Positions 28,039 through 40,810 of a stretch of 64,000 bases of DNA are shown in pieces. The notes beneath the pieces were generated by a model. That model made no database searches. It was not told the origin of the DNA and worked only from the letters and a program-made list of their open reading frames with translations. The DNA lies in assembly GCF_009914755.1 (NCBI RefSeq), contig NC_060930.1. The stretch is one strand, 5' to 3'. Position 1 is the stretch's first letter. Every line of letters starts with the position of its first letter. Origin of the DNA: the human T2T-CHM13v2.0 reference genome, Homo sapiens. The translations under genes were made by a program, and so were the position numbers.

Positions 28039-28270
28039 GATAACACATTTTCATTGTGAATAAGAATAGAAATGGAAGTACAAACATTGTAACCTGACAT
28101 ACACAGTGCTTCCTCCTTCCCCAGCCCCCTCCCTAGCCTCATTTCCTACTCTGCTCTCCTGGGCACCCTCTACTCCAGCCGTGTGGACCTGTTCACCATT
28201 CCAAGGGCATGCTTTGCCATCTCATAATTCTGTGCCTTTACCTAGGTTGTTTCCTCTGCACTTATTTTTC

Positions 28271-28595
28271 TTCCTTTCTTTCTTTCTCTCTCTCTTTTTT
28301 TTTTTTTTTTGATAGGGTTTCACTCAGGCTGGAGTGTAGTGGTGCAGTCTCAGCTCACTGCAACCTCTGCCTCCTGGGCTCAAGCAATTCTCCTGCGTCA
28401 GCCTCCTGAGTAACTGGGACTACAGGCACACACCACTGCGCCTGGCTAATTTTTGTATTTTTTTTTTTTTTTTTTTTTAGAGACAGGGTTTCACCATGTT
28501 GCCCAGGCTGGTCTCAAACTCCTGAGCTCAAGTGATCTGCCCACCTTGACCTCCCAAAGTGCAGGAATTAGAGGTGTGAACCACTGGACCCAGGC
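28271..28595 (-). mobile_element. AluJb inserted in an L2
   Basis: GGGCTCAAGCAATTCTCC, GTTGCCCAGGCTGGTCTCAAACTCCTGAGCTCAAGTGATC; near-TSD TGCACTTATTTTTC / TGCACTTGTCTTTC. Confidence 0.92.
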
Positions 28596-28846
28596 TGCAC
28601 TTGTCTTTCAAGTCTTAGTTTAACAGCTAACTCCTCTAGAATCCTTCTCTGGCCCTCTCAGGAATAACGATGAGCTCCCTTGAGTGAAGTCCTACAGACT
28701 GTTCCTATCTCTTTCCTGGTGTTCCTTACAATTATCTTTATTCTTGGGTATTCCCCTTTCGGGGGCTGAGCCCTTCCAGGAGCTATGCCTCACTTCTCTC
28801 TGAATCCATGGTGCGTAACACATTGCTTAGCATGAAGTAGGCACAT

Positions 28847-29210
28847 TGTATTAGTCCATTTTCATACTGCTATAAAGAACTACGTGAGACTATGTAACAT
28901 ATGAAGAAAAGAGGTTTAATTGACTCACAGTTCAGCGTGGCTGGGGAGGCCTCAGGAAACTTAAAATCATGGCAGAAGGCAAAGGGAAAGCAAGACATGT
29001 CTTACATGGCAGCAGGAAAGAGAGAATGAAGGGGGAAGTGCCACACTTTTAAACCATCAGATCTTGTGAGAACTCACTCACTATCACGAGAACAGCTGGG
29101 GGAAATCCACCCCCATGATTCAATTACCTCCCACCAGGTCTCTCCCCTGTCATGTGGGGATTACAATTTGACATGAGATTTGGGTGGGGACACAGAACCA
29201 AACCATATCA
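28847..29210 (-). mobile_element. THE1 (C/D-like) solo LTR
   Basis: TGTATTAGTCCATTTTCATACTGCTATAAAGAAC...GAGATTTGGGTGGGGACACAGAACCAAACCATATCA, 364 bp. Confidence 0.9.
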
Positions 29211-29259
29211 GCCATTGTACGAATTCAAGTGACAGGTAGGAGAAACTTGAATCTAGGGA

Positions 29260-29980
29260 GCTGTGTGAGCTCAGCAAGTAGACAACAGAGTGCGCAGCTG
29301 GTTGAGGCTGGAAGATAAGGCTAAGAAAGCAGGTTGGAACCAGACTGTGAAGAGTCTGAGAAGCTGTGAAGACGAGTTTAGACCTTATTCTGTAGACTTC
29401 TAAGAGCCTGGGAGGTTTTTCATCCGTGGCCTGATGGGACATGTGCTGTGGAACTTTATGGTAGCGTACAGACAGGCCAGAGTGCAACATGTGTACAGGT
29501 TGAAAAGCTCGGCTGGAAGGCATTTGCCCTTCCAGGCAAGGGAAGGAAAATGAATGAACTACAACAGAGGGTTCAGATGGACTCGAGAGATGCGTCTGAG
29601 ACACAATTAGGAGTCTTCACAGCCAAATTGTTGGGCAAAATAGTGGAGAAAATAAACCAAGGAAGGCTTCGAGGTCCCCAGCCTATGAATATGGATAGGC
29701 AATGGTACCATCCATTATTAGAGGAATGCTCAGGAGAAGGGCATGCTTGAAGCAGGACTGGGATGTCTGGAGAGTGAATTCTGTTCTGGAACTACCTGGG
29801 GATTCCCTCCTGGGGATTCCCAGGAGCCACTGCATATGTGGTTCTGCAGCTCAGAAGAGAAAGCAGGTTGGAGAACCAGTTGTGGGAGGCACAGACAGTT
29901 AGGGGTAGAGTGGATCAGATCCTCCAAGGAGAGTGTGCACTGCAAAAGGAGAAGTGGGTTGTGGCAGGCCCCCCAGGAAC
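29260..29980 (-). mobile_element. L2 fragment
   Basis: GAGTTTAGACCTTATTCTGTAG; GCAGCTCAGAAGAGAAAGCAGGTTGGAGA; GTGGATCAGATCCTCCAAGGAGAGTGTG. Confidence 0.6.
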
Positions 29981-31574
29981 ACCAATAGCACATAAGAGCT
30001 TCTCCATAAGGCCCTCCCTGGACTTCCTTCCTCTGATCCAGCAATGAGGGGGCCCTGTGGTTCTGCAGCTGTCTGCCCTCAGAGTCCTCTGGGCTGCCTC
30101 CAGAACAGCTCTCCCACGAGGAATAATTCTTTCAGTTTATCATCTCTCAAAATTTATTTTTCTGTTTGCTAATAATATTCAGGCCCAAAACCCTGTCTCA
30201 CCAGCTTGAGTTTAATGTGATGAAAATCCATATTCACCTTGAACAGGCTATTTCAGATAACAGATATTTATTTGATCAGACTCCATTATGCCCTCAGCTA
30301 CCTCCCTGCCTACAACAAAAGAGGTTCAGCCCAAGGTTTCAGAGACCATTGTTCGAGGTCCTTCAGTCCCTGGAACACAGTAACCACAAGAAGAGACAGA
30401 TTAAAAATTAATAAATGTGCTGTACTCGATGTCTCGCAGTCAAGGATATTTAAGTAGATAAAAGAGCAAGGGGGGAGGGGAAGGTTTCATGGCTAATGGT
30501 TTTCTTTATAATTATTAGGTGGGAAAAATGGGTGAAAGAGGTGGGGGAAGGGGCAAGGCAATGAAGACAGAACTTGCCTCTTGCATTAAGAGGCAAGGCC
30601 AGCAGAGACGAGGCTCTGTGGACAACTGGGGTATTTTTAGGCTTGGATCGTGCAGGGGGCGGTGCACAATGAAGTGCGGAGGACGGAGACGAAGGAGCAG
30701 AACGTTTCCACCCAGGCAGCCTCGCCTAAAGCCTGGCTGGCCCTGACTTGAATAATGAGGCTGTTTGGACTAGCCTGAGGCCAGTAGCAGAGACTTATGT
30801 AACAAAACAAAATTTAAAAGTCTTTGGCTTATCTACCATCCTCAAAGAAAATAGGAGGCTTCCGACACTTTGTCATTTTTTGTAGCCATGGAGTAGTTTA
30901 GTGTAGCAGCACTGTTGTGGTTACCATCAAAGGAAACGTGTGTTTCCTAATAAGAAGTAAATTAAAATGCCAATAATCAAATAAAACCACCCCCACTCCA
31001 AACACACACACATTTGCTGAACCCTGAGTGGAAAAGACAATACTCTTTTTAATGAACTACGAGATCAACGAGATTTATCCCCACCTCCCTAAAAGAGCAC
31101 CTAGTTAACTAGAAGCAAATCTAAATATTTTCTAATACTGCTGAAGTATTGCAAAACCCAGAACATCAAGAAGTATTCCAAATCAAGCCTGAAGCAAACA
31201 AAGATTGTGTTTGGTTCAAGTCGTGCTCATAAAATATACCACTATGCTATTTTAAGGAAACAACTAAAATGTTGTAGATTAACTCCCTATAGAGAACAGA
31301 GTACGCTGAGACTGAGGAATTGGTTAAGCATTATATTATCTGTGAAACAGCCTGGCTTTTGGTAAATTAGATCAGATGGATAGAGCTTGGGGAGCTGCAG
31401 AGCCAAAATCAGGGCTGGGATGGACTCATGGGCCACCAGTCACTGTTTGGTTTGGGACCATGAGCCAAAAGACCATGGAGAGACAAGGGTACCTCCCTTT
31501 CCATGAGGTGGAGCTGATGTGAGGGTGCCTTTTCAAAGCACATAATCCATCCCAAAATGCAGAGCCTGCTGAGG

Positions 31575-31765
31575 TCCCCAGCACAGTGGCTTGTGACAGG
31601 ACTCATCCCAGGGAGCTTTATAAATCTACAGGTGCTCAGATCTCACCTTCAGACTCAAATCCAATGGCTGGGGGTGGTGGGGAGGTGAAACAGCTCTGGC
31701 ATCTGTGGGCATCAAAGCTCTCCCAGGTGGTCTCAATGTGCAATCATGATGGGAGCCCTGCCGTT
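31575..31765. mobile_element. MER5-like hAT MITE
   Basis: CCAGGGAGCTTTATAAA...AAAGCTCTCCCAGGTGGTCTCAATGTGCA. Confidence 0.55.
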
Positions 31766-31884
31766 GCCCATCCTGTTCTGAGGTTGAGTCCCCTTCCCTT
31801 CCATTCACATTTCTCCCTAGGCCAGGCAATGCCATTAATACCCCCTCCTCCACCAAGTGTCTGCAGATGGTGCAAAGCCCAGTC

Positions 31885-32170
31885 ACGCTGAAAGCTGAGA
31901 GTCGGTGATTGTCTCTAAGTGAGGAGTGATGCAATCTGATTTGTATTTTAGGAAAATAACCATGTAGGCAGGATGGCAGAAGGACTGAGGAGGGAGAGCC
32001 TGGGGGCAAGGAGACCAGTTGGGCACTTGACCACTGTCAGCTTTCAAGGCCAGGAAGGAAGAGGGGCCAGGGGTTGGAGGATATGGGAGAGAGTCCAAAA
32101 ACATGTCTGAGGTGGAACCAACAAATTTGGTGATTGTATGTGAGGGAGCAAAGGCAAGGGAGGAGCTGAT
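31885..32170 (-). mobile_element. L2 fragment
   Basis: GGAGTGATGCAATCTGATTTGTATTTTAGGAAAATAACC...GGCAAGGAGACCAGTTGGG. Confidence 0.65.
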
Positions 32171-35100
32171 GGTAAAATTTCAAGATGGCAAAATAAGGTT
32201 AAGAGTGACAAAATTAACTAAAAATAAGATCAACTGTCTCGAGGAAGGAGAAAGGGCACCCATCAGCCTGGAGTGCTTGTCCTCCTTTCTCATCTTAGGC
32301 CCTGGAAGGGCTGGAGCCTGTTAAACAGAGCCGACATTAGACCTGGTGCCATGAATTGGTATTGCAATAATTTGAATTGGTGTCTGGACTCTGAACTTCT
32401 AAAGGCCAGGAAGCGATCTGGTTCACCTTTTTTAGTCTCAGCACTTAGCCCCATAAGCATGTAATAAGCGCACAACACATTTTTGCTACAAAGACAAGTG
32501 GCATAATGGAACTGGGAACAGCCTCACTGGGAAATCTCACTGTTGTCAAGCCAGCCTTATGACAAAGATAGTTTCACATAAAGAGGAGCCAAAACTCCTC
32601 ATTCACCTGGGCTGCAAATGGCTTGCATGCCTATGATGATGCCAGCAGTGTGCTTTAGGAGGAAGTGTTAATGAGGAAAGGTTTTTAGGCTTGAGGTGTC
32701 ATGCTTCAGTTTCCAGTGTGGGCAGCCGCTGACAAAAGCCGCTGTCCATGGTAGGTACTGCCTCTGAATGTGGGAGAGGAGGGAGGCAGTTGGGGCCTGA
32801 GACCACAGCTTGCTTCTGTCCTTGTCATGGACATGCTGAGGCAGAGGTAGAGGGGCATGGAGGGGCTAGAAGTGAACTTAGCCAGCAGAACCTGGGGAAA
32901 TGGGGGGCAGGCCACTTTGCTCAACAGCAGAGGAAACCCCTTTGAAGGGGATGCATGGTGGTGGCTACAGCTACAAAAGGAGAGCAATCGTTTCCCAGAG
33001 CGCAGGGAGACAGATTCTATGTGCTTCTTCCCAACTGCTCTTCTTTGCTTCAGATCTCCCTGCAACACTCCTTTCTTTTCCCAAGTTTCCTAAAATGACA
33101 CCATGAATATGTTTAATTAATTAGTCAATCAATAGCCAGTGATTATCAGACAGCTGCTATGTTCGTAGTTAGAGGAAGCTGCCATGTGCAAACTGGGGGC
33201 TGACCCAGACCAGTATGTTTCTGACCTCAAACGTGCCTCGGGCAGCATTTGACCTGGTATTCCCATCCCACCTCTCCTTACAGATGCTTTCTAAGTGGTT
33301 TAATCCCTCCTGTACCAAGAAAGTGATCATGTCATCTACAGTTACATTTTTCACATAAAATCGCCCTGTCTGATTTTTTCTTTTTTACTCTGAGCCATTT
33401 CCCTCTCTCCGTCACCACCATCCCACTCCAATCCTCATGGGAGACAGTGTCACATTTACCAATTAAAAGCACGATATCCATTCTCCTTTGTCTGCAATAC
33501 TGTGAAGGCTTCATTTTCACATTTCTCTTTGGCTGGAAGTGTTAACTTCCAGTTGCAGGAGGTGAGGGTGGGTTTCCCTTTCCCTGTCTATGAAATTCAG
33601 TATACATTTATACTCACTTTCTTTGCCCTGCAGGTTTGCCTCTTGAATTTCTCAGAAGTCAGCAAAATTCTGTGCTAGGCAGAGTCTAGGGGAGCTGTTG
33701 TTGACAGCTTGGGAGGGCGGAAAGGACAGAAAAGGGAGAATGGGGGAAGAAAATAAATAAAGAGGAGAGCAAAAGGAAAAATAACTCTGGAGGCAAAAGG
33801 GAACTGTCCAAATGGTTTTGGAAGCAACTCACTAGCTCCTGTTGTGTGCCATGGGCTTTTGTTCTCAATGTCTTGAAGTCAGTCACCGCCTTATTTATTC
33901 CGTTCTGCGAGCCTGATCCATGTCTAAGCAGACCCCCTGCAAAGACATCCATCATGGAAATGAAGCTGTGTTGCAATAAAACACAACTAAAACTGAAGGG
34001 AAGAATTTAAGCTATGAGACAAGGAAAAATATTAACATATAAATATTCAGAGCCTTGCCCTCTTCCCTGCCTGAGAGAGCTCTGGGCTTTTTCTAAGAAC
34101 ATAACAGAAGCTGTGTGGGGGAGAACCTCAAAGCTGGGCTAGGTTTGTTTCAGAAAGAGCAGAGAGTATATATGTAAAAGAGCAGGGAATGCGGGGCCAG
34201 GCCCCCACCTACTGGTTAGGAAAACAAGAGGAGGAAGGAAGGAGAGAGACTGCAGTAGGGTAGGGAGAAGCTGCTGTATTGGGTATGGGGGAAGGAGAGA
34301 AAGAATTTCTAGTTTTCTGTGCATTACAACTGGTATGTATCTTCAGCATTTTCTCAATAAGCTATAGTGAAGACTCGAGTTACTTTTAAGTATTTTGAAG
34401 TGATAGATTGTACTTTGAATGTGACTCCATGCTGAGGAAGAGCCACATGGCAGCTCATCTTTGTATGGGCTACAGATATGTCCTACATCATTGTAGACAC
34501 TAAGTCTGAGACAACAGCTGTCAAGGAAAGTGGAGTCAGTGGGAGGGGGATGTTCAGACAGAAAGAAAAAGTGGAGGAAACAAGACATTCATGATGGCAT
34601 AAAGAAGCCAGGCTCAATTTTCCATCACACTATCCTTGAATATTAAGCTCTGTCACTTAGGGAGCAGTCATGAGGCCCAAGGTGTTAATGAAACCCAGAG
34701 AGCCGCAGGACCCCAAATCTGCTCTCCATGAAACAAACCTCCTTCTTGTCACTAAACGTCAGTCCGTGGTTTCCTCTGTGACCAAAGCAGCACTGCTGAC
34801 CCTCATAGGCTAATTGGGAGGTGCCATGGTAGTGAGGGCAGGATTCATCTGCCAGAGAGGCCATTAACCACCCTTTGCCAGGGGTTAGGGCCTCCCTCTG
34901 CCCTCTCCCTTGGCGGTTTCTCCAGATGTATCCACCATCTTGAGGACCAAAGGGGACCTGTGACAGAATAATACCTGCTTAGGGTTTATTGAAGTTATTA
35001 ACAAATTACCATCGGAAAGAATTCACTTTATAGCCAAAAGAAGTGCTCAGTTCCCAAAAGTCACCATTCAGGATAACTGAGGGGAGAACTGTTTGAGAGT

Positions 35101-36079
35101 TGCTAGGAAAGTAGGCAGGGGAAGCTCCCAGCCTTGAAGCCACAGTTCCAGCTTCCTGGCTTTGAAAGCCGCACGCCTGAGACTCTATCTGGGCCCTCTG
35201 GACAAAAAGCCTGCCACTCAGGCAGGAGTTGCAAAGCACCAGGCTGAATAGAGGGCTTGACCCCGAACACGCAGGCTCCAACTCTCACCACCCCTGCCTT
35301 CCACCCCGACCTCCTCAAGTAGAAAGTAGGAATTCTCTCACCCTATGAGATGTCATTTTTGTCAAAGCAGTCATGGCAATCCTATTCTGAGATCTCAGCC
35401 TCTAAGAGTGGCCCAGGGAGCCCCAATTCTCCCTGAGGCCCAGGGTCAAGTTTTGGTGCCCAGTAGTTAAAATTGTGTAAACACCATGATCTCTGTTAAA
35501 CTCTACACAACATATATAGATAAAAGATTGAAAACATAACCCCTGGCTACTCGAGAGTTAATCTTATTTTCTCCATCAAATAAAACTTTTCTATTTTCTC
35601 AATTTTAAGCCACAATCATTTGTAACTTTGGCAATCACAAAATCTCTCTATTATTGTGAAAATAATTAAAAGCCCTTGCTCTGCCCCTGATTACCCAAGA
35701 GTAATTACCCTCTCTAAGCCTTTGTCTTCTCATCTGTGAAATGAGAAAGTTGTGTGTGTGACTTGCTTGCTAAGATCCCATTCAGCACCAATATTCTGGA
35801 AATCTGTGAGAAATTTGATTACAAGTTATACTAATTTAGCCACAAGAGAGTACCATCCTTACAAACCTCTGAGGAATCCCAATTATGTGTATCTAACTTG
35901 ACAGAAAAAAAAAATAAACTTGGCTTAGCATGGGGGACATCATTATATATATTAATTCTATTTTCTCTTTTGGAGAACATAATGGTCCATTCATTTATTA
36001 GACATTGCTAAGGGCCTATTATGTACCAGGAACCCTGCCAGGTGATGTTATAATCTTCACAACAATTCTATAGTATTGA

Positions 36080-36400
36080 TATATTAGTTAAGGTAATGCT
36101 AGCTGCTGTAACAGATAAACTGCCAGCTCTCAAGAGATGCTTGTGTCTCACTCACATTAAGCCCAAAATGGATATTCCTTATTTGGCTGGAGGGATGAGC
36201 TCTCCCAAGTGGTGAGTCAGGGGCTAAGACTCCCCCATCTTGTGTCTCTGTTGCCTTCAAGACGTGGCTTATTAGGTTACAGTTCTCAACTACCTTAAAT
36301 TGTCAGGATTGGAAGCAGGGAGGGCTTTTAAGGGCCAGGAACTGTCAGTGGCCCTCATAATCCCTGCTTATATTCTATTGGCTCTACTCAGTCACATGAC
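36080..36400 (-). mobile_element. Old MLT1 (J/K-like) LTR
   Basis: TATTAGTTAAGGTAATGCTAGCTGCTGTAACAGATAAAC...CCCCATCTTGTG...ATTCTATTGGCT..ACTCAGTCACATG. Confidence 0.6.
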
Positions 36401-36457
36401 CAGCTATGACAGGTTTGGTGATCAGTGGTCAGTCTTTGCCTCGACAGGCTTTACCAT

Positions 36458-36707
36458 CATTTTACTTTATTTTATTTTATTTTATTTTATTTTATTTTAT
36501 TCTTGAGACAGGGCCTTGCTCTGTTGGCCAGGCTGGAGCAAAGTGGTGTAATCATGGTTCACTGCCATCTTGATCTTCTGGGCTCAAGTGATCCTTCCAG
36601 CTAAGCCTCCCTAGTAGCTGGGACTGCAGGCGTGCACCATGCCCAGGTAAATTTATTTTATTTTATTTTTTGTAGAGATGGGGGTCTCACTATGTTGCTC
36701 AGGCTGG
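36458..36707 (-). mobile_element. Truncated AluJ with (TTTTA)n tail
   Basis: GAGACAGGGCCTTGCTCTGTTGGCCAGGCTGGAG...GGGCTCAAGTGATCC...GTCTCACTATGTTGCTCAGGCTGG. Confidence 0.9.
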
Positions 36708-38237
36708 GACAACAGGCTGAGGAAACTGAAGCTTAACCAGTAACTTGCAGCTCTGGAATTTGAACTCAAGACTTCTGACTGCAAGCCAAATGCTACATCC
36801 ACATAAACAGCAAGTAGTCTATAATTGTGAATGCTATAATAGTGATAAGGAAAGCAAAAACGACAAAGGAGATCATTGATGGGGGACTAATGCTATGTTA
36901 CCTATTGGAGGTTGCAGGGGACAGAGGATTAGAGAAGTTAAGTAAACTGCTCAAGACCAGCCACCCAGACAATGGCTAAACTGGGAGTCCAAGGCCAAAG
37001 CCCTCTTTCTACTGTGCTACCAGATTGCCTTCCACTCTGCACTGAAGGCCGAATATGTGTTTGCTGACAAGAGCAGGTGGGGTACTGCAGGCAGAAGAAC
37101 AACATGTATGTAAGTCTGGAGGCGGGACAAAACCTCCAGAGAAAGAGCAAGTCACTCCATGTAGTCAGTTAGTTACCTCCCACTGAAGCAATCAAACTGT
37201 CCAGAGCCAACCCAAAAGTAGATTATATCTGTGGGATACTCTTTCTTGGATAGCCCAATTTTTATATTGCCTGTCATTTTTATTTTTGCATAAAATTGAA
37301 TTTTATGGTTTTATGGTAATAAAATCCTTTATTCATGCCATGTTCCCACCCACTAAGCTTTCACTAAGATATACTCTTTTATGCAACAGCTATATACTTT
37401 GATTAAAGCAGTTACAGAGCCATCTAAGTCCACATTCAAATAACTGTCCTGATCAATTTTTATTTTTCATACTTTCTGTTTTGATCCATTACCCCATTTA
37501 TCCTAGAATGACTCTAAGATAACTTGCAATCTCTGGCATTTTGCTCTATGTATAGATACTGACCTATATGTTTAATGCTCACGCAAATCAGCCTGGCTCG
37601 ATCTGTGTTATTTTTCATTACTTGCAACCTGATTAAAGTAATGAATCTCTGAAGTATAACTCTGTTTTCAAGATTGTCATCTAAATTATGTAAATAACTA
37701 GCACTGTAATTAGCTCTCTTCTTTGATGAGCTTCCGTTCAGGTTTGAGGTGTGTTCATGTATATTTATCAGTTTGAGGTGTGCTTTTGTCTTAGACAGGC
37801 ATGACTGTGCAGTAGGGATCCTCCTGGGGTAAGTGTCACGTAAGCATCCTGACCAAGAATGGCCTGACCACCAGCCTTCCTGTCCATGCTCAACTCACAT
37901 GTTTCCCAGTCCTCAGTCCTGGAAGATTCTTCCAAGGAATGCAAACAGTCGGATCCTTATTTCTCCTAACTCCTTTTCAGGATCCTATGATTCAGCACCA
38001 TTTTTTCTCTTTCTACGTTCTTTCTATCTCTGTAAGGAAAATTTTTTCAGATCCTTCTAGGAGCACTGCCTATTTTTCACCTTTGCCTGAAGACAAGAAA
38101 AGAACTAAGTCATTTTCCCTTAATAACCAGTGGCTCTTCTTTCCAAGGGGTAAGAATGAAGGCTCCCAGGCTGACTTTTGGAAGAACCTAGTTGTGGGCA
38201 CTGTCCTTGGCAGTGTTCCTGTGGGATGAGCACATTT

Positions 38238-38530
38238 TAGCCTGGGTTTAAACCTGGCTGTGCCGCCTAGGAGCTGAGTGATCATTAATCTCCCTGAGCA
38301 TCAGGTCCTCCTTTGGACACAAGGTAATAATATTCACATGAGAGCACAGAGACATGAACCTCTGAAGTATAACTGTTTTCAAAATTGTCATCTAAGTTAT
38401 GTAAATAACTAGAATCATAATTAGCTCTCTTCTTTGACGAGCTAAGGTAGGTTACGCATGTCATGAGAACTAAGAGCTGTCATCAGAACTAAGGGGGGTT
38501 ATACATGTCAGAGCACCTGGTAGTGCTCCT
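38238..38530 (+). mobile_element. MIR interrupted by a templated insertion
   Basis: CCTGGGTTTAAACCTGGCT...TTAATCTCCCTGAGCATCAG...TAATAAT then resumes AGAGCTGTCATCAGAACTAAG...TATACATGTCAGAGCAC. Confidence 0.6.
38354..38443 (+). repeat. ~90 bp local copy of unique sequence 37641-37732
   Basis: Hand alignment: 8 mismatches and one 2 bp gap. Confidence 0.9.
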
Positions 38531-38559
38531 CCAAGAAGCGGTATCAGGCAGTAGTTACA

Positions 38560-38800
38560 TGCCCAGATTCTGGACCAGAGCCCCACACTCACTACTTTTC
38601 AGTGACCTTTTGGGCAATTTACTCAATTTCCCTGGGTCTTAGATTTTTTTGTCTCCAAAATGGGCACAGTGATAGCACCCATCTCATTGGCTCGCTTTGG
38701 GAACTGAATGTGAGGACTTAGAGCTGAGCTGGGCACTTGGTGGATGCTCCGTTCTCAGCTATGGTCCTTCTGGCCCAGTGCTAACACATGGCAAATGCTT
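38560..38800 (+). mobile_element. MIR SINE
   Basis: GTGACCTTTTGGGCAATTTACTCAATTTCCCTGGGTCTTAG...AAAATGGG. Confidence 0.65.
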
Positions 38801-39556
38801 GGGAGAGATCATTTCCTGCCCTTCCTGCTTCCTTCTCACAGAGGCCCCAAGATTGGGTTCCCAGGCCTTGCTGCCACCTCATCAAAGTTGGAGCGTGGCA
38901 GGTTGAAAGCAGCCCTAAGACCAAGATAAACCAGCTCCTTGCTCTGGCTTTCCACAAACAAAACGATAGACATTTGGGCACTAACACCTCCTGCTTGTTT
39001 TTTTCCCATTGGAATGAGTGTTATAGCTAGAACCGCTCATGGATTTTCATCTTGACTTTTTCACCTCTGCCCATTGCCCTAGCGGCTCAATCTTACGGAT
39101 CCTCAGTTACTGACAGCCCAGGAATCTGACTGGCCACAGACCTGCCTGCCTAGCTCCTTACTCAATATACTTTGTTGCTTTTTTTTTTTTTAATTCCCAC
39201 AAAGCAAAGCAGCTTTTGAGGCCCAGAGCAAATCAGCCAAGGAACCATATTGACTCCTGTCGCTGGCCTGACTGCACAATGGCAGCGGCAGGGCCGGGCC
39301 AGAAGGCCTCTGCCTCTGCAAAGCTCTTCTGTTTGAGTAGCTGCAGTTGGAAGCGCTGGGGGCAATGATCAGACAGTCAGGCCTGGAAGAAACTGGGGAA
39401 TGCTTCCTGGAAGGGAAGAATTTTAAACCAGATTTTAAAGCAAGTTTAAAAACTCCTAAGGGAGGATAAGGAGCTATTGGGTCAGGGGAAGGAACCCTAT
39501 CAACATTGGCTGTTTGGTTTTCAAGCCAGGCATCTCACACTGGAGAATGGATCCCT

Positions 39557-39740
39557 GCAAATCCAGAGTCACAAAGTAGACGAGTGTTTGCCAGGAGCTG
39601 GGGTGAGGAAAATGTTCTAAAATTAAGTAGTGGTAATGGTTGCACAACTCTGTGGATATTCTAAAGACCACTGAATGCTACTCTTTAATAGAGGGAACTT
39701 TATAATGTGTGATTTATATTTTAATAAAGCTGCTTTTATT
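39557..39740 (+). mobile_element. Old L1M 3' end
   Basis: GAAAATGTTCTAAAATTAAGTAGTGGTAATGGTTGCACAACTCTGTGGATATTCTAAAGACCACTGAA...AATAAAGCTG. Confidence 0.8.
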
Positions 39741-39926
39741 TTTATTTTTATTTTTAAGAGGAATGAAGAATGGAGAGGCCCCATATGATCCCATCATGAA
39801 AAGGTCTCTCTGTTCTGCCGGTGCCTCTTGGGAACTGCCAGGAAGCAGATGTGCTCTTGATATAATGCCACAAACCATGAGAATAAGCATGAAAATTAAT
39901 TGATGATAACATTTTTTCATCTAGCT

Positions 39927-40136
39927 CAGTGGTTCTCAACAGGATGTGATTTTTCCCCAAAGGGATATCTGGCAATGTTTGAAGACGTCTTTGGTTGTCC
40001 CGACTAAGGAGTTGCTGCTGGCATCTAATGGGTAGAGGCCAGGGATGCTGCAGTACATCCTACAATGTACCAGACAGCTCCCCAACAAAGAATCATCCAG
40101 CCCCGAATGCCAGGAGTGCTGAGGATGAGAGTCTGG
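39927..40136 (+). mobile_element. MER20 hAT-Charlie MITE
   Basis: CAGTGGTTCTCAAC...TGGCATCTAATGGGTAGAGGCCAGGGATGCTGC...; near-TSD ATCTAGCT / ATCTAGTC. Confidence 0.9.
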
Positions 40137-40579
40137 ATCTAGTCGAAATTCTACAGGTTCCTCTTATCATCTCTCTTTTCATGCAAATTTGAGGTTTTTT
40201 AAGGCACAGAAATGAATCTCTAAAACAATTCAGAAGTTCTCTCCCTAAAGTATTTTTCCCTACAGATAATATCCTAGTTTCAATTTGTTCCAGATTCACA
40301 AAGAAAACATACTTTTCCTGTAATTTCTCAATTTATTCCTCTTTTGCAAGCAAAACTAGGTAAGTTCTTTACAGGGATATGGTATGTTTAGTAAATTAGA
40401 AAGTTTGTATGTTCAGTTTCGTTATCCTCCAAGTTTCCTATATATTCTTCTGGGCACAATAAAAAGCTCTTATTTAACTGAACAAAAAATAATATTGTTT
40501 TTTCTCTTTAAAATGAAATTTAGAAGAAAAACATCTTACGGTAAAATCAGAAGTGTGTGTTTATCATTAAGGGGATATG

Positions 40580-40810
40580 AAAGCAGAGAGGCAGTTTGGT
40601 GGAGGGAAAGAAACTGAAGCTTTGAGTTAGAGTGAGTTTGATTCTCAGCTCTGCCTTTATCAGGTGGGTGGGCCTGGGCAGGTCACTGTCTTTTCTAAGC
40701 CTTCCTTTCCTCTTTTATAAAAACGAGGATATTCATGTCCACCATGGAAGGTTAATGTGAGAATCCAGTGAGATGCAAGAGTGAGCATGAATTCAATGCT
40801 CAGTGTTGTT
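40580..40810 (+). mobile_element. MIR SINE
   Basis: GGCAGTTTGGTGGAGGGAAAGA...TTTGAGTTAGA...CCTGGGCAGGTCACT. Confidence 0.6.
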
